Of a DNA stretch of 16,038 nt, positions 1 through 9,741 are shown one piece after another. The stretch is from Tubiluchus corallicola. Lineage: Eukaryota > Animalia > Priapulida. Each line of letters opens with the position of its first letter. Within the stretch, counting starts at the first letter, position 1. The stretch covers positions 1 through 16,038 of the forward strand of contig JAQGDQ010002068.1 in assembly GCA_030141605.1 (NCBI GenBank), given 5' to 3'. Made by a program: the position numbers and the translations under genes. Under the pieces are notes generated by a model. That model was not told the DNA's origin and searched no databases. It saw only the letters and a list, made by a program, of their open reading frames with translations.

Positions 1-576
1 CATTTCAGGGCCTGAGAAGTTGATTCCTGCTGCCCGGACAGTGTCCAGTAAGTTCACAAATAAATGAGTTGTCTTTTCCTTTAATAACAATTTCTGCATT
101 TGACCATTTCAGGGCCTGAGAAGTTGATTCCTGCTGCCCGGACAGTGTCCAGTAAGTTCACAAATAAATGAGTTGTCTTTTCCTTTAATAATAATTTATG
201 CATTTGACCATTTCAGGGCCTGAGAAGTTGATTCCTGCTGCCAGGACAGTGTCCAGTAAGTTCACAAATAAATGAGTTGTCTTTTCCTTTAATAATAATT
301 TATGCATTTGACCATTTCAGGGCCTGAGAAGTTGATTCCTGCTGCCCGGACAGTGTCCAGTAAGTTCACAAATAAATGAGTTGTCTTTTCCTTTAATAAC
401 AATTTCTGCATTTGCCCATTTCAGGGCCTGAGAAGTTGATTCCTGCTGCCCGGACAGTGTCCAGTAAGTTCACAAATAAATGAGTTGTCTTTTCCTTTAA
501 TAACAATTTCTGCATTTGACCATTTCAGGGCCTGAGAAGTTGATTCCTGCTGCTCGGACAGTGTCCAGTAAGTTCA
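1..576 (+). repeat. 104-bp tandem repeat, 5.5 copies visible (may continue left of the window), overlapping the 5' end of the GT11-like exon
   Basis: CATTTCAGGGCCTGAGAAG starts at 1, 105, 209, 313, 417 and 521. Units differ by only a few substitutions. The last copy diverges after AGTTCA (576), 2 nt before ATG 579. Confidence 0.97.
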
Positions 577-578
577 AC

Positions 579-1697
579 ATGAGGGTCATCCACATGAGAC
601 GAAGTGCCTTCTTCTACAGCATCGTCACGTTGGTCATTCCGGCTCTCTGCTTCTTCAACTATTACCACATCTACGCCGTGCGCCGGACCCTGTCGGGCAA
701 GTCCACGTTGGGCACCGTCCCGCAGGTGAAGGAGAAATTCGCCCGCAAGAGCGCGCTCCGGAGAGCGTCCAAGATGGAGTTCAAGGGGGCGCTGCTTGCT
801 CAACGGGATCCGTTCAATTTCACCAAGTATGAGGGCAACAATTTCACCGGAATTTTAGGAACGACGCTAACCGGACCATTAGAGGACCAGATTTGGCAGT
901 TTGCCAATTTATTGGGACTCTCTTTTGCAAACGGCTTACAACCGGTGCTGACGCCTGGCGACGCGGTTTCGCGGGTTTTCCGAGTCACCGTCGCCACGGT
1001 CGACGTGCCCGATGTGCAGCGAAGGACATTTCCGGCGGAGCTCTTCCGGACCGGACGCAACGTCAACCTGACCGAATTGGGAACGAAGTATAATTTCCTT
1101 TCGGAATTTCCCGCTTCGTGGCGCCACTTTCACGACTACGGGGATAAGGTTAGAAAACACTTGAAATTTCAGCCGGCCATCGAGGGCATGGCAAACGAGA
1201 TCGAAAAGAGATTCTTGACCAGTTTCGGTAGGCAGAGATCTACGAGAACCGTGGGCTTTTATTTACGAATCAGTGACGTCACTATCACGAAGGAGCGCAT
1301 TGATACGGCCATGAACTACTTTCGTAGAAAAATAGGTCCGTCGTTGTTGTTCGTCGTCATTTCAGACTCAATAGATTGGTGCAGAAAAAACATCGATTTG
1401 TCTTTTGCCGACGTGGCATTTGTTGATGACTTTCGAGTGCCATTCGAGCTGGCCAGCGTCCATCCTCAGCAGTGGGTACCAGAGTACGAGCCAGCCCTGG
1501 ACATGTGCCTTTTGTCTAAGTGTGACCACGTGATAACCACCCCCGACAAGTTCGGATGGTGGGCGGCGTATTTGTCCGCTGGTGAAAAACTGTTCTTCGA
1601 TTTTCCAGGCAGTTTTAGCTGGGACGTCTATCCGCCATCTTGGCCGCCATCTTGGATTTCTATTTCCAAGTTGAAATCGCAGAATTCTAAATTGTGA
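579..1697 (+). CDS. Glycosyltransferase family 11 (galactoside alpha-1,2-fucosyltransferase, FUT1/FUT2-like) protein, 372 aa, single coding exon, divergent active-site motifs
   Basis: GC-rich ORF against AT-rich flanks. Short basic tail plus hydrophobic anchor (AFFYSIVTLVIPALCFF). GT11 blocks occur in the right order: GPLEDQIWQFANLLGL (cf. GRLGNQMxQYAxLxxL), SWRHFH, VGFYLRISD (cf. VGVHVRRGD), AMNYFR, FVVISDSIDWCRKNI, DMCLLSKCDHVITTPDKFGWWAAYL, terminal PxxW. First ATG is at 579; the TTG start at 516 lies in the repeat. Confidence 0.85.
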   Translation: MRVIHMRRSAFFYSIVTLVIPALCFFNYYHIYAVRRTLSGKSTLGTVPQVKEKFARKSALRRASKMEFKGALLAQRDPFNFTKYEGNNFTGILGTTLTGPLEDQIWQFANLLGLSFANGLQPVLTPGDAVSRVFRVTVATVDVPDVQRRTFPAELFRTGRNVNLTELGTKYNFLSEFPASWRHFHDYGDKVRKHLKFQPAIEGMANEIEKRFLTSFGRQRSTRTVGFYLRISDVTITKERIDTAMNYFRRKIGPSLLFVVISDSIDWCRKNIDLSFADVAFVDDFRVPFELASVHPQQWVPEYEPALDMCLLSKCDHVITTPDKFGWWAAYLSAGEKLFFDFPGSFSWDVYPPSWPPSWISISKLKSQNSKL

Positions 1698-1858
1698 TAT
1701 TTCCACGTTGTACCGCTGATGGTACTGAACGGTTATTTTACACATGAATATGTTTCATTTCTGCTTTTGAAAATGCAAGATTTAGATGTTTGTAAAGCAT
1801 GTATATAATATTAGCAGATAATATGCAATAGATGTAAGTAATAATAACAAGAAATAAG

Positions 1859-2396
1859 AGATTATTTATGCTCACGATTACACTGTACATTAAATTTCGA
1901 TGAGGTCATCTCGTGCGCATGCGCCTCAAGCTGCACAGATTATGTATGTCCACGATTACACTGTACATTGAATTTCCACGAGGTCGTCTCGTGCGCATGC
2001 GCCTCGAGCTGCAGAGATTATGTACGCTCACGATTACACTGTACATTGAATTTCGATGAGGTCATCTCGTGCGCATGCGCCTCAAGCTGCACAGATTATT
2101 TACGTCCACGATTACACTGTACATTGAATTTCGATGAGGTCATCTCGTGCGCATGCGCCTCAAGCTGCAGAGATTATTTACATCCACGATTACACTGTAC
2201 ATTGAATTTCGACGAGGTCATCTCGTGCGCATGCGCCTCAAGCTGCACAGATTATGTATGTCCACGATTACACTGTACATTGAATTTCGACGAGGTCTTA
2301 TCGTGCGCATGCGCCTGAAGCTGCACAGATTACGTACGCTCACGAATACACTGTACTTTGAATTTCGACGAGGTCGTCTCGTGCGCATGCGCCTCA
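1859..2396. repeat. 78-bp minisatellite, about 7 copies, each carrying TGCGCATGCGC
   Basis: CACGA(T/A)TACACTGTAC recurs at 1873, 1951, 2029, 2107, 2185, 2263 and 2341. Confidence 0.96.
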
Positions 2397-2855
2397 GACA
2401 ACCAGGAGTGAAAGTTTGTGCTTTATTTAGTAATAATACTGAAATAATTCTTACTTTAAAGTTCTTTCAACTAACAAACAACAACAACAACAACAACAGT
2501 TAAAGCACTAGCCAAACTATTGCGAATCTACAATGCGGCAGCACCCCCTGTTTCCACTCATTATTATCGATAATATTTAATATAATAAGTCTTTTTTCTT
2601 TAGTTTTTTTTATACTTGCGCAGAACAGCAGCACGTGAGGGAAGTACAATTGGCTTCACAGCCCAAGCAACGTGGTGTTGTGCGCATGCGCCATGCGCAC
2701 ATGTCTGAGATGACACGCTGTACGCTAGCATCTGCTGCTAAGTAGAAAAGTGCTGTGTCTATCACAGTAACAGTTGTCACGTGGGATACAGGCTATATTT
2801 AGCACACGGGCACAGGTAGAAAAAAATAATTATTATGTGTAAACAAGATGGACAT

Positions 2856-3200
2856 ACTGAACAAAAGTACCAAACCAAAAAAAAAATTCAAATTAAATTT
2901 TCTTATTTCCCACGGGATACATTGGGATTCAATGGAAGCATAAAATGTGCTTCATTCTGTAACTGCTGATAATTTTTTAAGTATTTAAGACATTTAGTAT
3001 GCACGCTATGCTGATCTGTGCAAAGTCGTCTCTAAAGTACTGTACCTTGCGCAGTTTTTTATGCTATGTAGATTTTCTAGTTTGCCATTTTACCACCATT
3101 TTTAGTCTTTTGTTATTGGCTTAAATCAAAATAAACTGAACAAAAGTACCGAGCCAAAAAAATTTCCTTATTAAAAATAGTTTGGGACTGAAAGGATTAA
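2856..3200. repeat. Diverged direct repeat (279-bp spacing) ending in a piggyBac-like terminus
   Basis: ACTGAACAAAAGTACC is identical at 2856 and 3135. Each copy is followed by an A-run and a TTGGGA..AA.GGA block (2922, 3182). The reverse complement of 3184-3200 is TTAATCCTTTCAGTCCC. Confidence 0.45.
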
Positions 3201-4019
3201 GTAAACGCGTCTTGTTGCTAGGTTACACAGCATCATCGTCAGATAAACAGAACGTTATTGCTAGCAGGCTAGAAGTATCAAATTATTGACAAAGCAGCAG
3301 CATCTTAAGGCAAGCCATTATTGCAGACAAGCAAGAGTGACATTCATTTTACAAAACAAAGACTCCGAGTAGCACTTAAGACGATTAAATTCTAAAGCCT
3401 GTCTGCAAAGATTTATGAATATTTACGAAGCGCAGCTATTAAAGGAAAACACAACCGTTTTTCACATGCTAACCCCATTTTGAAGTGCAGCATAAAAGAT
3501 GTAATTATTTTAATACCTATAATAGTATTTAAGTGTCTCTGATGATTAATTAATTAGTTAGAAAAGGTCTAATTAACGGCTGGCGAGCCCAACTAATGAT
3601 GACATCACAAATGAACATAATTTTCATAATACAAACATTTTTTGAGCGTGTTGCACGTTTTTGTGAAAGTGCTACTGTACAACATTCAGCGTGACATGCA
3701 AAAATTTCGCAAATACAACTAAGAGCTCTTGTTTTTTGCGCATGCGCAGTAACAAACTGGGCATGCGCAGACGTTTGCTCTCGCAGATTTTTAATTACAG
3801 GCGGTTCGTAATTATCTCGAGTAATTAGTGCAGCTGCTGCTTCATCATCGTAAAGCTCGTTAATGAGTTTTTGACTTAATTGCACTTTGAAATTTCTTTC
3901 TTAATTAAAATTCAACTTGAGTAATAATGACAATATGGAAATTTTAATGAAAAATTTGTTGCTGTAAAGGACACCGGCTTTTTAAAGCGAATTGGCGCGA
4001 ATTTTCCTACCTTTTGAGT

Positions 4020-4034
4020 CAGCAGATGGCGCTG
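4020..4034 (+). promoter_or_regulatory. CTCF-like core motif
   Basis: CAGCAGATGGCGCTG closely matches the bilaterian CTCF core (CASYAGRKGGCRS). Sequence match only. Confidence 0.45.
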
Positions 4035-4093
4035 TTTTTCTTTTACCGTTGTGGAAGTGCTGCTGTTAAATTTCCTACTGCATTTAAAGGTAG

Positions 4094-4488
4094 CTGACTG
4101 ACTGACAGCCAGGCTTTCTGACTGATTGACCGACTGACTGACTAACTGACTGACTGATTGACCGACCGACTGACTGACTGACCGACTGACTGACTGACTG
4201 ACTGACTGACTGACCAACCGACCGACCGACCGACTGACTGACTGACCGACTGACCGACTGACCGACTAACCGACTGACCGACCGACTGACTGACTGACTG
4301 ACTGACTGACTGACTGACTGACTGACTGACTGACTGACAGCCAGGCTTTCTGACTGATTGACCGACTGACTGACTAACTGACTGACTGATTGACCGACCG
4401 ACAGACAGACTGACTGACTGACCAACCGACCGACCGACCGACCGACCGACTGACCGACTAACCGACTGACCGACTAACTGACTGACTG
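4094..4488. repeat. Compound (ACTG)n/(ACCG)n microsatellite with an internal 232-bp higher-order duplication
   Basis: Tetranucleotide runs. The interrupting CAGCCAGGCTTTCTGACTGATTGACC block occurs at 4106 and 4338. Confidence 0.95.
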
Positions 4489-4697
4489 AGTGATTTGATT
4501 TAAGTCTTTCTTGCAAACTCTGAATTCATACGTACAAAAGTACATTCTGGACAGAAAATTACACCTCATTGATTCTAAATATTTACAATTATAATATCTT
4601 AGCTAGGAGCACACAAAGTAAATAAATGAATAAACTCCAATATGTCAAACTAACTGACTGTCTGGCTGACTGACTCACTGATTGGTTGACATACTTG

Positions 4698-5000
4698 TGA
4701 CTGCATGACTAGCAGTTCTTTAGTAGAAATACAATGTTCATCGTTAAATGTCCCCTTAAAAATAGAGCTCTTTTAGTATTAGTCTAAGACTGACCCACCG
4801 ACTCACTGACTGACTGCATGACTAACCATTCTTTAGTAGAAATACAGTGTTCATCGTTAAACATCCCCTTAATAATAGAGCTCTTTTAGTATTAGTCTAA
4901 GACTGACCCACCGACTCACTGACTGACTGCATGACTAACCGTTCTTTAACAGAAATACAATCCCATTAAATGTCCTTATAAGAACAAGAGCGCTTTTAAT
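4698..5000. repeat. 113-bp tandem repeat, about 2.7 copies, containing degenerate GACT units
   Basis: CTGCATGACTA at 4701, 4814 and 4927, each followed by TTCTTTA..AGAAATACA. Confidence 0.9.
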
Positions 5001-5106
5001 CTTATTTAGAGTAAATTTTTCTACAACGTGATGCGATTTGATGATGAAGACAAACAAAACATGGAGAAAATTGGTTAAACTCAACGAGATTTGTGTGAGA
5101 AAATAA

Positions 5107-7404
5107 AATCAGAAGACTAGGCTGAGCAAGACCAGACTCGATCTTAAACTGTACGTCAAAACAATCAGAAGACTAGGCTAGAACTTACAGAAAGACCAGA
5201 CTCGATCTTAAACTGTACGTCAAAACAATCAGAAGACTAGGCTAGAACTTACAGCAAGACCAGACTCGATCTTAAACTGTACGTCAAAACCATCAGAAGA
5301 CTAGGCTAGAACTTACAGCAAGACCAGACTCGATCTTAAACTGTAGGTCAAAACAATCAGAAGACTAGACTAGAACTTACAGCAAAACCAGACTCGATCT
5401 TAAACTGTAGGTCAAAACAATCAGAAGACTAGGCTAGAACTTACAGCAAGACCAGACTCGATCTTAAACTGTAGGTCAAAACAATCAGAAGACTAGGCTA
5501 GAACTTACAGCAAGACCAGACTCGATCTTAAACTATAGGTCAAAACAATCAGAAGACTAGGCTAGAACTTACAGCAAGACCAAACTCGATCTTAAACTGT
5601 ACGTCAAAACAATCAGAAGACTAGGCTAGAACTTACAGCAAGACCAGACTCGATCTTAAACTGTACGTCAAAACCATCAGAAGACTAGGCTAGAACTTAC
5701 AGCAAGACCAGACTCGATCTTAAACTGTAGGTCAAAACCATCAGAAGACTAGACTAGAACTTACAGCAAAACCAGACTCGATCTTAAACTGTATGTCAAA
5801 ACAATCAGAAGACTAGGCTAGAACTTACAGCAAAACCAGACTCGATCTTAAACTGTAGGTCAAAACAATCAGAAGACTAGGCTAGAACTTACAGCAAGAC
5901 CAGACTCGATCTTAAACTGTAGGTCAAAACAATCAGAAGACTAGGCTAGAACTTACAGCAAGACCAAACTCGATCTTAAACTGTAGGTCAAAACAGTCAG
6001 AAGACTAGGCTAGAACTTACAGCAAGACCAGACTCGATCTTAAACTGTAGGTCAAAACAATCAGAAGACTAGGCTAGAACTTACAGCAAGACCAGACTCG
6101 ATCTTAAACTGTAGGTCAAAACAATCAGAAGACTAGACTAGAACTTACAGCAAGACCAGACTCGATCTTAAACTGTAGGTCAAAACAATCAGAAAACTAG
6201 GCTAGAACTTACAGCAAAACCAGACTCGATCTTAAACTGTAGGTCAAAACAATCAGAAGACTAGGCTAGAACTTACATCAAGACCAGACTCGATCTTAAA
6301 CTGTAGGTCAAAACAATCAGAAGACTAGGCTAGAACTTACAGCAAGACCAGACTCGATCTTAAACTGTAGGTCAAAACAATCAGAAGACTAGGCTAGAAC
6401 TTACAGCAAGACCAGACTGGATCTTAAACTGTACGTCAAAACAATCAGAAGACTAGGCTAGAACTTACAGCAAGACCAGACTTGATCTTAAGCTGTAGGT
6501 CAAAACAATCAGAAGACTAGGCTAGAACTTACAGCAAGACCAAACTCGATCTTAAACTGTAGGTCAAAACAATCAGAAGACTAGGCTAGAACTTACAGCA
6601 AGACCAGACTCGATCTTAAACTGTAAGTCAAAACAATCAGAAGACTAGGCTAGAACTTACAGCAAGACCAGACTCGATCTTAAGCTGTAGGTCAAAACAA
6701 TCAGAAGACTAGGCTAGAACTTACATCAAGACCAGACTCGATCTTAAACTGTACATCAAAACAATCAGAAGACTAGGCTAGAACTTACAGCAAGACCAGA
6801 CTCGATCTTAAACTGCAGGTCAAAACAATCAGAAGACTAGGCTAGAACTTACAGCAAGACCAGACTCGATCTTAAACTGTACGTCAAAACAATCAGAAGA
6901 CTAGGCTAGAACTTACAGCAAGACCAGACTCGATCTTAAACTGCAGGTCAAAACAATCAGAAGACTAGGCTAGAACTTACAGCAAAACCAGACTCGATCT
7001 TAAACTGTACGTCAAAACAATCAGAAGACTAGGCTAGAACTTACAGCAAGACCAAACTCGATCTTAAACTGTACGTCAAAACAATCAGAAGACTAGGCTA
7101 GAACTTACAGCAAGACCAGACTCGATCTTAAACTGTACGTCAAAACAATCAGAAGACTAGGCTAGAACTTACAGCAAGACCAGACTCGATCTTAAACTGT
7201 ACATCAAAACAATCAGAAGACTAGGCTAGAACTTACAGCAAGACCAGACTCGATCTTAAACTGCAGGTCAAAACAATCAGAAGACTAGGCTAGAACTTAC
7301 AGCAAGACCAGACTCGATCTTAAACTGTAGGTCAAAACAATCAGAAAACTAGGCCAGAACTTACAGCAAGACCAGACTCCATCTTAAACTGTACGTCAAA
7401 ACAA
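5107..7404. repeat. 64-bp satellite: 35 full units plus one internally shortened (56-bp) first unit
   Basis: Consensus AATCAGAAGACTAGGCTAGAACTTACAGCAAGACCAGACTCGATCTTAAACTGTA(G/C)GTCAAAAC. The register 5163+64n holds at 5611, 5931, 6251 and through to 7403. Confidence 0.98.
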
Positions 7405-7984
7405 CCTACTCTTCAAACTATTTAAAAGAAACATACTATTTTTTCAAAAATGACTTACATAAAAGAAATATTATCACACAAACACAATTTCACGTTCGCG
7501 TCACTAGTTCTTCACTGTCACATGCATTTCGCCATTCGCTAGTTAAACAGGCACTAGCGCCTGCCTTTCGGAAACGCGTTGCACAAAAAACTGGTGCTGT
7601 ACCACTCAGTTCAGATGTGTTAGTTTGTGACGAACTACACACGTTAGACAGCTCATGCGTGAACACAACAATTTGAAATTTGAATTTTTACCTGAAAACT
7701 AGCCTACTTTTAATACAACACATTGGAAATCTTACAATTGCACTGTACTTCAATTTCCACTTTCACACAAACACGTGCAACACGCTCGTGGAATATTTGT
7801 GCTGTTGAAAATGTCGTGGAATGTTTGTTTGTGACGCCAGCACAAGCTGATCTCGCCATCAAGATTTTAGTCTATTATTTAATTATCACCAACGTTTGGG
7901 CATTATTATGGGTACTGAAATGTAAATTATTGAGTAATAATGGCAATATGGAAATTTTAATGAAAAAATATCTTTAATGAAAAA

Positions 7985-8162
7985 ACTGACTGACTGACTG
8001 ACCGCCCGACTGACTGACTGACTGACTGACTGACTGACTGACTGACCGACCGACCGACCGACCGACCGACCGACCGACCGACCGACCGACCGACCGACCG
8101 ACCGACCGACTGACCGACCGACCGACCGACCGACCGACCGACCGACCGACTGACCGACTGAC
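7985..8162. repeat. (ACTG)n/(ACCG)n microsatellite
   Basis: Directly visible. Same motif and strand as 4094-4488. Confidence 0.96.
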
Positions 8163-8407
8163 ATTATGGGTACTGAAATATAAATTTTTCACTGCAGTTT
8201 AAAATGGCAGTAGTATGCGAAAAATCGTGTTCTTCTCCTTTAAAGTGACTTTTGATGACAATGACTTTTCATGTAACAATAGCATGTGTAGCATGAAAGA
8301 GCAGCATGCTTATTCAACGCTTGCGTGTCCGTGACATTTAGCAAAGCGAATCTGAATTCAATTCAAAAGGCAAAACGAACCAGTGATGATTTGTGCTTTG
8401 ATGTGGC

Positions 8408-8440
8408 AAGTGCATTGTGGGTAGAAGTGCATTGTGGGTA
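8408..8440 (-). promoter_or_regulatory. Tandem pair of ZNF143/Staf-like motifs
   Basis: AAGTGCATTGTGGGTA at 8408 and 8425. Its reverse complement TACCCACAATGCAC matches the Staf binding site core CCCACAATGCA. Confidence 0.45.
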
Positions 8441-8600
8441 ACTTCATTCTGAAGATTTCAATAATCAAATAATGATGGACCTACCTTGAAGAATAGCGAA
8501 TTCTAAATCTTTAATAATGAGATAAGTAAAGAGAGACGACAGGGCGGACAGAAATACAGGCAAACATACAAGCGAACGAACGGCAAGAAACTATGACAAA

Positions 8601-9255
<655 letters not shown>

Positions 9256-9567
9256 AAAAAACGAAGAAATAAAGCAGCGGCAATGAGATGAGCAACAAAG
9301 GAAACAAAGAACGAAAAAAGAGCAAAAAGAGCAGATGAAAATATGAAAAAGAGGGAGAAAGAACGATGAGGTATTTGAAGATATTGATTATTTTTCAAGT
9401 ATTTAAAAAATTTAACAGTTTGAGAAAATTTGAAAAATGCTTCATTTACTGTACAAGACAACATAAAACATTTAAAAATTGATTCCAAAAGCACGAAACA
9501 TGATTTTTCTCAATGACCAGCAAATTAGTCAATGAAAATTGTAATAAACCTCTTCGCAGTTTCGTTG

Positions 9568-9636
9568 TGCGCACGCGCAGTTACTGCAGGTCAAGTGTGC
9601 CACAGCAACGCGTCTTAACTACAACCGTCACGTGAC
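9568..9636. promoter_or_regulatory. Motif cluster: NRF1-type, ACTACAA and palindromic E-box
   Basis: TGCGCACGCGCA 9568-9579, ACTACAA 9618-9624 and GTCACGTGAC 9627-9636, in a short CpG-richer patch. Confidence 0.4.
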
Positions 9637-9741
9637 ATGTGGGTAGAACAAAGCCGTCTGTTTCTTCAGTTCAGTAACCTCAGATGTTTTACATGAACTT
9701 TACTTAATTATGCATTGATCTGTGTTCATAAAGTGATTTAC

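Noticed and set aside
516-578. TTG-initiated N-terminal extension in the ORF track
   Set aside because: The TTG lies in the intron-like part of the repeat, upstream of the acceptor at 528. ATG 579 gives a normal type II topology.
525-1745. Antisense and alternate-frame ORFs over the GT11-like gene
   Set aside because: Shadow ORFs of a GC-rich CDS with no recognisable motifs.
1968-2503. Cys-rich and Arg-rich repeat proteins
   Set aside because: The 78-bp unit is a multiple of 3, so frames stay open passively. Starts are non-ATG and a stop appears in one copy.
3912-4516. SQSV/GRSV ORFs (also 7886-8192)
   Set aside because: Translations of tetranucleotide microsatellites.
5341-5350. Nuclear-receptor half-site AGGTCA repeated in the 64-bp satellite
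   Set aside because: It overlaps the most variable position of the monomer and is only a 6-mer.
5107-7404. CRISPR-like regular array (also 1-576, 1859-2396, 10555-11146, 13036-14708)
   Set aside because: Units are head-to-tail with no unique spacers, there are no cas genes, and the context is eukaryotic.
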